DNA of 64,000 nt from a virus (Duplodnaviria; Caudoviricetes), in the IMG/VR virus record IMGVR_UViG_3300042317_000620, positions 9,170-73,169 of that record; one strand, given 5' to 3'. Under the pieces are notes generated by a model. That model made no database searches and was not told the origin of the DNA. It worked only from the letters and a program-made list of their open reading frames with translations. The translations under genes and the position numbers were made by a program. Shown piece after piece: positions 19,138 to 27,949 of the stretch; the first letter of the stretch is position 1, and every line of letters starts with the position of its first letter.

Positions 19138-19166
19138 ATTGTACCATCAGAGGGGTGTCGTGTCAA
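19138..19166 (-). promoter_or_regulatory. Sigma70/SigA-type promoter
   Basis: TTGACA-17 nt-TACAAT with extended TG. Confidence 0.8.
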
Positions 19167-19195
19167 ACAACCCAGATTAGGATGTCCTATTTGTC

Positions 19196-19486
19196 CTATT
19201 TGCCCTTTTTATCTACCGCAGAAAATGCATTATTGATCTCTTGAATGGTAAGTTTTCCGTCATCCAGAAAGCCCCTAGCGAGTCTCTCAACTACTGTTGC
19301 AACTCCTAATGTACCAGCCAAAATAACTGCTTCTACTGTGCTAATTCCTACTACTGCTCCAGCACCTATTACGGATAGTCCTGATGCTGCGAAAACTGCA
19401 ATAATACGCATAAGAATATTATTAATACTTGCAATTGCGCCAGATCCAACTTGGGTAGGCTCTTCAATTTGTTTTGCTCTTGCCAT
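19196..19486 (-). CDS. Small membrane protein
   Basis: Two hydrophobic helices; GGAGG RBS. Confidence 0.65.
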   Translation of the reverse strand: MARAKQIEEPTQVGSGAIASINNILMRIIAVFAASGLSVIGAGAVVGISTVEAVILAGTLGVATVVERLARGFLDDGKLTIQEINNAFSAVDKKGK

Positions 19487-19488
19487 AT

Positions 19489-19671
19489 TTAGCCCTCCTC
19501 TCTATTTCTTATTGGACTTGTGATTATCCAAAGAGTTGTAGTCGCTATGATTCCATAACCAACTATTGTTTTTGCACTACCATCTAATACTACCCAGGCA
19601 ATAAACATTCCAAGAAGGGTCCATGCCTGATCTATTAGATCTTTTATTATATTTTTTATTATTCTTACCAT
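19489..19671 (-). CDS. Small membrane protein
   Basis: Two hydrophobic helices; overlaps the upstream gene end. Confidence 0.6.
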   Translation of the reverse strand: MVRIIKNIIKDLIDQAWTLLGMFIAWVVLDGSAKTIVGYGIIATTTLWIITSPIRNREEG

Positions 19672-21809
19672 TTTCTTCCTCCTCTTGAACCTGGTGAATT
19701 TGCTCCTGAAGAGCCTCCCCCAGAACTTCCTCCGCTACCTGAACCTCCTGTAGCGCCACCTGCTGCTACTGCTGCTGCGTTAATTGCTGCACCTGTTGCA
19801 ACAACTGTTGCCACAACCATATCTGTTGCTTCTTCTCGTTCTTCCTCAGTCATATCTGCACCAATACTTCCAAGGGCTGCTAATGCTGCTCCTGGGTCAG
19901 TAAATGCTGCTTCTAATAATGCTCCTGGGTCTTGAACTAATTCTATGTTTGCAGCAACTTCAGCAGTAATAATAAGTGCGTTTCCATTTTCGTCAGTGCG
20001 TAGTTCTACTGGTGTTTCTGGTGGAAGATCTGCGTATGAAACTCCAGATGCCTGTACTTCTGCTGCTGAAATTGATTCTCCTGGCTTAAGATCTTCTATT
20101 AGTGCTGCTACTACAACATCTTTTTGTTCTTCAGTTAATTCTTTACCATCTTTTGCATCTTCAAGTATTTCGTTTAATTCTTCTTCTTCTGCTTTTGCTT
20201 CTTCTTCAGCAGCCTTTTCTTCTTCTAATTCTTTTGCTTCGGCTTCTTCAGCAATTCTTTTTTCTTCTGCAAGTGCTTCAGCCTCTGCTTCTGCCTTTGC
20301 TTTTGCAATTGCTTCTTCTTCTGCTGCTATACGCTCAGCCTCTGCCTTTGCTTCTTCTGCAAGTCTTTCTTCTTCCGCTATGCGCTCTGCTTCTATGCGT
20401 TCAGCCTCTGCTTTTGCTTCTGCTTCTGCTTTTTCTTCTGCTTCTTTAAGTTCTGCTGCAATGCGATCTGCTTCTTCTTGGGCTTCTATCTCTGCTTGAA
20501 TTCTTGCTGCTTCAATCTCTGCTGCTTCACGGTCAGCCTTTTCTTTTAGTTCCAATTCTGCTTTAATTCTTTCTGCTTCTTGTGCTGCTTGAAGTGCTGC
20601 AATTCTTTCAGCCTCCGCTTGGGCTGCTGCTGCCTGGGCTGCAATCAATGCTGCTGTTTCTGCCTGTATCCTTGCTGCTTCTGCTTGTTGTGCTGCTGCT
20701 TGGGCTGCTACCTGTGCTGCAATTTCTGCTTCAGTTGGTCCAGTTGGTATTGTTACAGTTGCTGTTTCGCTAGGTGTAGGCGTTGTTACTGTTGTTGTTT
20801 CAGGTGTAGGTGTTGTTACAGTCGTTGTTTCAGGTGTTGGCGTTGTGACTGTTATTGTTTCAGGTGTAGGTATTGTTACTGTTGCTGTTTGAGAAGGGCT
20901 AGGGGTTGGAGTAGGGGTAGGCTCTGGAGCAGGGGCTACATATGTAGAACCAGTAACAACATTTGAATTTGCAGAGTAAAGGGAGAAGGTATCGTTATCT
21001 GATCTAATATGAAATGACCAGATTGTTCCTGCTGGCATAAGTCCATTTAGCAAGGAATGGTCAATTGTAATTGTTGTATTTAAAGAGTTTGGTCCGCCAA
21101 CATTTCCAGTAGCAATTCCCCAACCATTACATCCAGTACAATTAAAACTAATTGCATATCTTTCTGGTTGAGTGTTTCCAGTGTCTGGTGCTTCCCAACT
21201 TAAAACTGTTGATGTTTCTCCACTACTTATTGTTAAATTTCTTGGAGGTCCTATTGTTTTTACTACTGGGGCTGCCTGCGAAGTAAATGCTGATGCTGGA
21301 ATAATATCCATAGATCCAGATTGATCCCAATGAAGGAATACATTTGCTCCCCCGCCATTTTCATAATACATTAATTCTATTGTTTTGGGGACTCCTGCTG
21401 TGAAAGATATTGGATCAGTTGTAGTTCCTCCGCCACCTTTGTCAACCCAGTCATCTGCCACTAAAATTCCATCAATATACAGTCTTGTTCCATCATCTGC
21501 TGTTGCTAAAAATGATATATTCTGAGTCGCATTACTAAGGATTGAACCAGTAAAACGTACGATAACATCCTCTGAGGGCCCACCTAAGACGCTACCACCA
21601 CCCCACTGGAAGTCAATGTTGGGTACAGTGGTAGTCACGACTGGAGAGGCTCCCTGGGGTATGTAGGGAGAGCCATTTTGTCCCAGCACATTATAGACCT
21701 CAGCAGTTATGCCGTTAGTGTTTGTGGCACCTGCTTCTTCTGAAAATACAAAGAAGGAAGTGGCTAAAACTATACACAATACTACAAGGATTCGGGCAAT
21801 CCGTTTCAA
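19665..21809 (-). CDS. Exported PA14 + FN3 protein with Pro/Thr linker and Glu/Ala coiled coil
   Basis: Signal peptide; IDFQWG, ADDG.RLYIDG, YYENGGGA (PA14); PPRNL...LSWEAP (FN3). Confidence 0.8.
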   Translation of the reverse strand: MKRIARILVVLCIVLATSFFVFSEEAGATNTNGITAEVYNVLGQNGSPYIPQGASPVVTTTVPNIDFQWGGGSVLGGPSEDVIVRFTGSILSNATQNISFLATADDGTRLYIDGILVADDWVDKGGGGTTTDPISFTAGVPKTIELMYYENGGGANVFLHWDQSGSMDIIPASAFTSQAAPVVKTIGPPRNLTISSGETSTVLSWEAPDTGNTQPERYAISFNCTGCNGWGIATGNVGGPNSLNTTITIDHSLLNGLMPAGTIWSFHIRSDNDTFSLYSANSNVVTGSTYVAPAPEPTPTPTPSPSQTATVTIPTPETITVTTPTPETTTVTTPTPETTTVTTPTPSETATVTIPTGPTEAEIAAQVAAQAAAQQAEAARIQAETAALIAAQAAAAQAEAERIAALQAAQEAERIKAELELKEKADREAAEIEAARIQAEIEAQEEADRIAAELKEAEEKAEAEAKAEAERIEAERIAEEERLAEEAKAEAERIAAEEEAIAKAKAEAEAEALAEEKRIAEEAEAKELEEEKAAEEEAKAEEEELNEILEDAKDGKELTEEQKDVVVAALIEDLKPGESISAAEVQASGVSYADLPPETPVELRTDENGNALIITAEVAANIELVQDPGALLEAAFTDPGAALAALGSIGADMTEEEREEATDMVVATVVATGAAINAAAVAAGGATGGSGSGGSSGGGSSGANSPGSRGGRKW
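20750..20935 (-). repeat. Imperfect ~30-nt coding repeats (TVTTPTPET-like) and PT dipeptide run
   Basis: TATVTIPTPE, TITVTTPTPE, TTTVTTPTPE, TTTVTTPTPS in the translation. Confidence 0.75.
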
Positions 21810-21863
21810 TTATCTCTCCTAATCAAACTGGGTAGTCTGATAGGATTATTATAACATTAAATT

Positions 21864-21966
21864 AAAAAATGAGCAGTTTTTTACAGTCATACTCAGGACT
21901 ATACCAGTTATTTAATGTCGCTGTCTCCCCCGACAAACCTGCGACTCCCCGATGAAGAGGTGCAGA
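21864..21966 (-). ncRNA. Candidate structured small RNA: two hairpins plus a 3' H-type pseudoknot
   Basis: GC-rich island just after a TACAAT box; stems TCTGC/GCAGG, TGTCG/CGACA, ATAGTC/GACTGT; loop TGAGTA pairs with TGCTCA; ends in T6. Confidence 0.6.
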
Positions 21967-21981
21967 ATTACATTGTACCGA

Positions 21982-22398
21982 TTATTTGATTTTAATTGAT
22001 TTTGGTTTCTTTTCTTCTGGAATATTACGTGTAACTTTAACACTCAACATCCCATCAATTAGATCAGCGGTTGTTACTTCCATGTATTCACCAAGAGCAA
22101 ATGAGCGAGTAAACTTTCTTGCAGCGATTCCTTTATGTAATACTTCTGCATCTGTTACTGTTACTTGTTCTCCCTTGATAATTAATGTTCCCTGATCTAC
22201 TGAAATATCAAGGCTTTCTTTACTAAACCCTGCTACTGCTAGAGTAATAATATAGTTATCATTATCTAATTTAAGTAGATCATATGGTGGGAATCCACCT
22301 GCATTAATTGAATGTGCTTGGTTTAATCTGTCTAATTCCCGATTAAATCCAATAAAAAAGGGATCTTTAAAAAGATCCATAGCGAACGTTGTTACCAT
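21982..22398 (-). CDS. hsp20: Small heat-shock protein (Hsp20/IbpA family)
   Basis: FPPYD, LAVAGF, LHKGIAARKFTRSF, GML, PEEKKP..I.I. Confidence 0.92.
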   Translation of the reverse strand: MVTTFAMDLFKDPFFIGFNRELDRLNQAHSINAGGFPPYDLLKLDNDNYIITLAVAGFSKESLDISVDQGTLIIKGEQVTVTDAEVLHKGIAARKFTRSFALGEYMEVTTADLIDGMLSVKVTRNIPEEKKPKSIKIK

Positions 22399-22404
22399 TT
22401 CTTT

Positions 22405-22446
22405 CTCCTTTTCAGCGAGTTAATTTATATCCCCGTTAGGCGGATA
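22405..22446 (-). promoter_or_regulatory. ROSE-like RNA thermometer in the hsp20 leader
   Basis: CTCGCT-GAAA-AGGAG hairpin (UCGCU opposite the RBS, bulged G) preceded by a TATCC/GGATA hairpin. Confidence 0.6.
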
Positions 22447-22463
22447 CTATATTATTATAACAC

Positions 22464-22492
22464 AAAAGGCAGGGAACTTATGTTACCCTGCC
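22464..22492 (-). terminator. Intrinsic terminator, followed directly by TGtTATAAT
   Basis: GGCAGGG-N11-CCCTGCC-TTTT. Confidence 0.75.
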
Positions 22493-22508
22493 CTAAGTGT
22501 TGGATTAT

Positions 22509-24272
22509 TTACTTCTTTAGTGCAACCTTAGCCTTTGGATTAGCCTTGTTCCACTTTGTAGCCAACTTGTTATAGTCAGCCTTTGCTTTTGCTGCTGCTG
22601 CGTCTGCAAGAGTCTTAGCAGTTAGCGCTTCTGCTGAAGCAGTAGCCTTAGCAAGCAAAGCCTCTGAAAGAGCCTTATCTGACAGGACTTTATCAGCCTT
22701 AAGTGTTGCAACTTCTGCCTTAAGACTATCAAAAATTCCTTGCATTGCATTGATCTGTGCAGCAAGTGCTGCAAGTGTAGCGTTTGTGCTAGAAGAAGAG
22801 TTTGACACTCTTGCTTGAGCAGTTACTAGAACTTGACCAGTAAGTGGCAATGATGTTCCACCTGCTGCTGAAATAGTTACAGTGTTTTCTGTCAAAGGCA
22901 TAAATACCTTGTATGACTTAACTGTTTCTGTATCAGTTGTAATTGATGTTGCTGTAAGAACATCTGAACCTGAACCAAATGCATAGGTTGAAGTAATTCC
23001 ACCTGTAGCAAATAGATTAGCATGAGTCTTTCCAGATACTGGAAGACCTGCTGCATCAAGAACCTGTACCTTAATAGTTGCTGCTTCTCCTGGAAGGTAT
23101 ACTTCCTTATCAAATGACAACTTAACTGTTGATACTGCTGATTCTACACGAGCAGCAACTGGAACAGAAACAATAGTTCCTGCTGAGTTCTTGACTGTAA
23201 TATTTGCTGATCCTGCCTTGATGCCAGTAACTGTGAATAGTGCTTCACCGTTTACGATTGTTGCTGCTGTACCTGAATCAGATACTGTTGTAATATCGCT
23301 TGAATAAGCGTAAAGTGTTCCAGCACCGACTGTTACGCCTGATGCATCCTTTGCAACTGCCTTTACAGTAGTTGTATTTGCTCCAACTGCGATAACAGAC
23401 TTAACTGGAGTTGCTACTATTGTAGCAATATCTCCGTAGAATGTTACTTGCTCTGTTGCAATTACTGTTCCTGTAAGTGTTGAAAGAGTGATTGTTCCAA
23501 CTCCTGCTGTACCGTCAGCAAATACACCAATGTAGTTTCCTGTAGGAATTACCAGTGAACGACCAAGAGCAGAGATGGTTGTAGCGTTTGTGCCATATCC
23601 AATCAAACCTGTTCCTGAAACTGTTGCAAGAATTGATTCAGTTGCTGGACCGCCTACTGCATTCCTAGGAGTAACAACAATAACTGCTGCTGCATCTGTA
23701 GATGTTGCCTTTGCTGCATAAACTGAAGCATCTGTTGTCGCACTTGTGACTTCTCCTGCATTTAGGATTGATGTTGTATTTGAAGGAAATGGAGTTATAT
23801 CCGCTGCCTTCACTGTTACTGTCCAAGATGCTGTTGGTCCATTGACTGGGCTAGTTGTTAAAATCTTAGCCTCATATGTTCCTGCTACTGTTGGAGCGCT
23901 CAAAGTTACCAAAAACTTTGCTGTTACATATGTTGGAGCGTTAACTGTTGAGTTAATATTTGCTAAAACATTGCTGCCTGCAATTACTACTGAGGCTGTT
24001 GATGTTTCTAGAAGTGATAGGGTTGCAGACTTTGCTGATCCCGCTGGTTGTGAAAACATAGCAGAGATCACTGTTGCAGTATCTGCTGATGTTTCTGAAA
24101 TAAATGACAATGTTACCACTGCTGTTGCGGTATCTCCAGATGTCACAACGTCAGTCGCTGAGTCAATTGTAAGAGTTGGTGCATTAACAGCAGCACTTGT
24201 CGGAAGTGCTGTTAGTACGCCAAAAGACATTGCTGCAGCGATGCCTAGGGCGATTTTCTTAAATGAATTCAT
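22509..24272 (-). CDS. Exported Ala/Thr/Val-rich Ig-like surface protein
   Basis: Signal peptide MNSFKKIAL...SA; beta-rich repeats; SFDKEVYLPGE; C-terminal coiled coil with basic end. Confidence 0.7.
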   Translation of the reverse strand: MNSFKKIALGIAAAMSFGVLTALPTSAAVNAPTLTIDSATDVVTSGDTATAVVTLSFISETSADTATVISAMFSQPAGSAKSATLSLLETSTASVVIAGSNVLANINSTVNAPTYVTAKFLVTLSAPTVAGTYEAKILTTSPVNGPTASWTVTVKAADITPFPSNTTSILNAGEVTSATTDASVYAAKATSTDAAAVIVVTPRNAVGGPATESILATVSGTGLIGYGTNATTISALGRSLVIPTGNYIGVFADGTAGVGTITLSTLTGTVIATEQVTFYGDIATIVATPVKSVIAVGANTTTVKAVAKDASGVTVGAGTLYAYSSDITTVSDSGTAATIVNGEALFTVTGIKAGSANITVKNSAGTIVSVPVAARVESAVSTVKLSFDKEVYLPGEAATIKVQVLDAAGLPVSGKTHANLFATGGITSTYAFGSGSDVLTATSITTDTETVKSYKVFMPLTENTVTISAAGGTSLPLTGQVLVTAQARVSNSSSSTNATLAALAAQINAMQGIFDSLKAEVATLKADKVLSDKALSEALLAKATASAEALTAKTLADAAAAKAKADYNKLATKWNKANPKAKVALKK

Positions 24273-24318
24273 TTTTCTCCTTGGTTTTATGTTATATCTG
24301 ACATTTCGCCAGAATTCT

Positions 24319-24348
24319 ATTATAGCAGATGTGTGAAGTCTGTGTCAA
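24319..24348 (-). promoter_or_regulatory. Sigma70/SigA-type promoter
   Basis: TTGACA-18 nt-TATAAT with extended TG. Confidence 0.8.
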
Positions 24349-25082
24349 ACTAGACTTTGTTTTATTAACCTTAAAGTTCTTTTATTAAGACCACCCCGTA
24401 CAAATTTATCATATAGGTATGACAAAGATCTGTTTGGGTCATGCCTTTTATATGTAGTAGTAGCATAAACAACATCTTCTAATTCCTGTGTCATATAAAA
24501 TCTTTTAAGTTTAACATTATCGTGTGTTCTAAAATTAATATACATCAATGGGTCGCCTTTTTCAGATTTAATGTTTTTATCTAAATTATCATAAAATTGT
24601 AAGGCTGGATTGACTGGTCTAAACCATTTAGAAATATCATAACTTCCAGGAACTATGTACCCGTTATTACAAAAATTACTTTTGTGCATAAAAGGACTTA
24701 GTATTTCTATTTCAACAGGTTCTTCTGAAAAAAAGATATACCCTGGCATATAATTTAAATTATAAGTATCTTTGACTTGTAACACTCTATTCAGATATAA
24801 ATCATCAAACGCCCTGTTACCTAAATTTAAAACTCTAGATTTTTCAACCCTTACATTTAGATCTACTGGATTGGTCATCATATATAAATTTTTTGTATAT
24901 TCTAAAAATGATCTACAGGAAAACATTGAAGCAATGTTTGGTATATCTTTATTACTTGTTTTCTTTAAATCTTTATAAACAGAAACAAGATTATCTTCTA
25001 ATAAATCAATTGCTGCATTAGTGTTAAAGGTGTTTTCAACTTTTTCAAATGTTGGCTTGGATGCATAGTAAACAGTAATCAT
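24345..25082 (-). CDS. Hypothetical phage protein, distantly like 16922-17647
   Basis: C..F, VPGSYDISKWFRP, KGDPL. Confidence 0.55.
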   Translation of the reverse strand: MITVYYASKPTFEKVENTFNTNAAIDLLEDNLVSVYKDLKKTSNKDIPNIASMFSCRSFLEYTKNLYMMTNPVDLNVRVEKSRVLNLGNRAFDDLYLNRVLQVKDTYNLNYMPGYIFFSEEPVEIEILSPFMHKSNFCNNGYIVPGSYDISKWFRPVNPALQFYDNLDKNIKSEKGDPLMYINFRTHDNVKLKRFYMTQELEDVVYATTTYKRHDPNRSLSYLYDKFVRGGLNKRTLRLIKQSLV

Positions 25083-26866
25083 AATAAATTTAACTTTCCT
25101 AAAAATTCTTTAACATCATCTGGCATCTCATTGTTTCTTTCATTTTCCAATTCTTGCCTTTTTTGCCTTTGCATTTCTTTGTGTGCGCTTGACCAAGTTC
25201 TAACCTCTACTTCAAGATTATTTTCTTTACTAGTATATGATATCGCACCAAAGGCTGCACCGCAAACTGCGTCAGCCAAATCTTTAGAAGATTTACGTGG
25301 ATGGTCTACACGATTATTTTTCATAATTTTAAGTTCTGATAATTCTTCTAATAAAAGTGGAATGCTTGGCATAACAATTCTATCCTCATAAATAAGCATA
25401 GCCAAATCTTCATAATGTTTTTTAGCAACTGAGACTGTGTCTGTATCAATATTTACAGCCTTAAGTTCTTGCTGAATATCATATGATTGCCATCTATCGA
25501 ATGTTACCTTGCCAATATTAAATCCTAATCTTCTAAGATTAATAATCCAGTTCTTTACCTCACTTAGGTTGACTGCTCCTTCTTTTTTAGGCTCCCACCA
25601 TGCAACAGCATCTACTACAACAATTGGCGCTACTTGCTCATAGTCTTTAATAACCTGCAAGTTAACCCATTTTTCAACGTGTGCAATTGCTACAGCACAC
25701 TTATCATGTCTTTGTGCTAAGTCTGCGTGAATGTAATATGTTTTATTTGGATCTGGAACAAACCCTTGATCAAATCTTCTAAATTCATCTACTGGATTAC
25801 GAATGGTCATACATTTTTCTAACTTATCCTTTTGTTTAAAGAAAGCATCAGAAGAATATGTTGGCATACATAGGAACCGCATCATTGCATCTCCTAAGTC
25901 TGTATAAAAAGCAATTTTAAAATCATCAATACTTCTAGTTGGATTTACTTCCCATGTTGGTCTTTTAAGTGCCCATACTCCAGGAAATTTGTAAGAAATA
26001 ATATGGTCTTCTTCCCACTCAATTTGTAATGTATTGTCTGGTGTTTCGTCTAGCAGTGGATTAATTATAAACTTATGTGATTTATGAACAATATCTTTGT
26101 CTGCTATAACACTCTCGTACTTTTCAGAAATGAAGTCTCCTTGATATCTTGGAAACGATAGCAATACAACCTTTCCTAAATCAGGAAAACGAGAATCTAC
26201 AGTTCCTCTAAATGCCTTATATATATTGTCTGCTGTTTTACCTTGTTCATTTCCAGTGCCAACCTCACTAGCAAACCCAGAAATTTCATCAAGAACTGCA
26301 AGCAATAAGTTTAAACCTTCATGGGATTCTCTTTCTGAATGTCCAGAATAAACTGTGATAGTTTTATCAAACTCAATAGAATCTACTTTAGCATTATATC
26401 TTCCTGCAAACCAAGGAGATCTTTCTATTTTTGTTTTAAATCCTTTGAAGAAGACGTTTTTTGCTTGTTGGGCGTTGATAGCAACGTTAATAAGGTCAAT
26501 TGCATCACCAGGCGGTTTGCCAAAATACCTCGCGGGATCTTTAAGACATAGCAACTTATAAACAATATAGGCACAAGCAACAGTTGAAGTGAAGTCCTTG
26601 CCACTACCCTTCCCAAGTTGTAAAATAATTTCGTTCTTAGTGTACTTGTCATAATATCTTGCTCCTTCGACATTCCCCATTAATAATTCAAGATCTGCCT
26701 TTTTATATATTTGACTCATTGCCTCTACAATTTCATATTGTGTATCTGACAATGGTGGTTGTCCAAGATAGTCTGATGACTCGACAAATGTTTTTGCATC
26801 TACTGGAGTTTCTTCAAAAGGATTATCCTGTAGCGCTTCTAAAAAATCATTGAACATCGTGGACAA
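25079..26866 (-). CDS. terL: Terminase large subunit
   Basis: Walker A LGKGSGKD, Walker B AVLDE, nuclease HADLA, FDRW, DH...SKDLADA. Confidence 0.9.
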   Translation of the reverse strand: MSTMFNDFLEALQDNPFEETPVDAKTFVESSDYLGQPPLSDTQYEIVEAMSQIYKKADLELLMGNVEGARYYDKYTKNEIILQLGKGSGKDFTSTVACAYIVYKLLCLKDPARYFGKPPGDAIDLINVAINAQQAKNVFFKGFKTKIERSPWFAGRYNAKVDSIEFDKTITVYSGHSERESHEGLNLLLAVLDEISGFASEVGTGNEQGKTADNIYKAFRGTVDSRFPDLGKVVLLSFPRYQGDFISEKYESVIADKDIVHKSHKFIINPLLDETPDNTLQIEWEEDHIISYKFPGVWALKRPTWEVNPTRSIDDFKIAFYTDLGDAMMRFLCMPTYSSDAFFKQKDKLEKCMTIRNPVDEFRRFDQGFVPDPNKTYYIHADLAQRHDKCAVAIAHVEKWVNLQVIKDYEQVAPIVVVDAVAWWEPKKEGAVNLSEVKNWIINLRRLGFNIGKVTFDRWQSYDIQQELKAVNIDTDTVSVAKKHYEDLAMLIYEDRIVMPSIPLLLEELSELKIMKNNRVDHPRKSSKDLADAVCGAAFGAISYTSKENNLEVEVRTWSSAHKEMQRQKRQELENERNNEMPDDVKEFLGKLNLL

Positions 26867-27383
26867 TTGTAATCACCTCGTCTGATCTTGATATATCAGA
26901 CAACCTTTGCATAATTAAATCACGAACCTGTGGATGATCTTTTGCAATATCTTTTAATATATTAACAAGAACTTCTTGTCTTCTTTCAATTTCAACCACT
27001 TCTTCTGCAAGTTCTTTGTTTTCAAGCAATCCTGCTTTTTGCAACATCTCAATTCTTTTTGCTTCAATATCTAGGACTAGTTTAATTCCAGCAGTTTTTG
27101 CTCCTAAGTTATTGTTCATTGTTGCTTCATCAATAACTTCATATGCTTTTGCAATAAGTTTTCCATAATGTGTATCTGCAGCAGCAAGTGCTTCTTTAGC
27201 CCTAGAACGAATGGCATCATTTGCAGATACCATAACTTTCCATTCATTTAAATGTGCAACAACACGAGTTCTTGGAATACTCAAATCTTTAGAAATTTTT
27301 GTTGGATCGCTACCCTTTAAGTATTCTTCAACAACCTTATTAATTTCATCTAGATGTTCTACTATCTCAATATCCTTAGACAT
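26847..27383 (-). CDS. Putative terminase small subunit
   Basis: N-terminal HTH-like segment, helical, overlaps terL start. Confidence 0.55.
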   Translation of the reverse strand: MSKDIEIVEHLDEINKVVEEYLKGSDPTKISKDLSIPRTRVVAHLNEWKVMVSANDAIRSRAKEALAAADTHYGKLIAKAYEVIDEATMNNNLGAKTAGIKLVLDIEAKRIEMLQKAGLLENKELAEEVVEIERRQEVLVNILKDIAKDHPQVRDLIMQRLSDISRSDEVITIVHDVQ

Positions 27384-27615
27384 TTTTTCCTTCAATTCTA
27401 TTAATTTCATCTTGTATATAAAAGATAGCCTTCTTTAAATCTTCAACATGTCTATACTCATCTTTTAATCCTGCTCTCCATAAATATTTAAATGCATTTC
27501 CAATATTAAAATTTCTATGACGGGTAATCTGAATACACTCAACACCAGATGGATCTGACGTGTAATGCTCAGGGTGATTTACTTGGTCTACTGTGATTTT
27601 AAGACTATCGCTCAT
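27376..27615 (-). CDS. DUF3310-family protein
   Basis: VNHPEHY, ECI, GNAFKYLWRAG.K, EDLKKA.FY. Confidence 0.85.
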   Translation of the reverse strand: MSDSLKITVDQVNHPEHYTSDPSGVECIQITRHRNFNIGNAFKYLWRAGLKDEYRHVEDLKKAIFYIQDEINRIEGKNV

Positions 27616-27770
27616 CTTTTTGACTTCCTTAATCCAAATTTTGCAAGATAAACATAGATTGTTTCTATGCTTGCCCCACACTCTTTTGCAATTTCTTCTG
27701 GAGACTTCTTGTCAATAACAAATCTTTTCTTTAGCCATACCTCTGAAGTATAAAGTTTAGCAGACATCAT
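27612..27770 (-). CDS. 52-aa HTH protein, not in the ORF track
   Basis: MMSAKLYTSEVWLKKRF..DKKSPEEIAKECGASIETIYVYLAKFGL; ATGA overlaps at both ends. Confidence 0.75.
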   Translation of the reverse strand: MMSAKLYTSEVWLKKRFVIDKKSPEEIAKECGASIETIYVYLAKFGLRKSKR

Positions 27771-27949
27771 GCCTCTTTGTCAACCTTAATAACGGGATCA
27801 AGCCTATTCCAATATCCGTGAGGGCTACCTTGATACATCTGTCCAGTTTCACGATCCATCAATATCCACTTTGTTGGAGCAAGAGTTCTTACAGTTAAGA
27901 TTACGTCAGAATCTTCCTCTTTAAATAAAAACATGTCTCTATCGCTCAT
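27767..27949 (-). CDS. Hypothetical protein
   Basis: 60 aa ORF coupled to neighbours. Confidence 0.55.
   Translation of the reverse strand: MSDRDMFLFKEEDSDVILTVRTLAPTKWILMDRETGQMYQGSPHGYWNRLDPVIKVDKEA

Noticed and set aside
19945-20966. Long + strand ORFs rich in Ser/Ala, Leu or Cys
   Set aside because: Antisense shadows of the repetitive GAA/GCA coiled-coil coding region
21870-21902. preQ1-I riboswitch call for the pseudoknot
   Set aside because: A-rich tail is similar, but the loop lacks the preQ1 consensus and no queuosine gene follows
21900-21935. Pistol ribozyme or tmRNA call from UUAAAUA(ACUG)
   Set aside because: Downstream pistol pseudoknot partner and tRNA-like ends are absent
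23746-24336. 196-aa + strand ORF
   Set aside because: Antisense to the surface protein gene, explained by its codon bias
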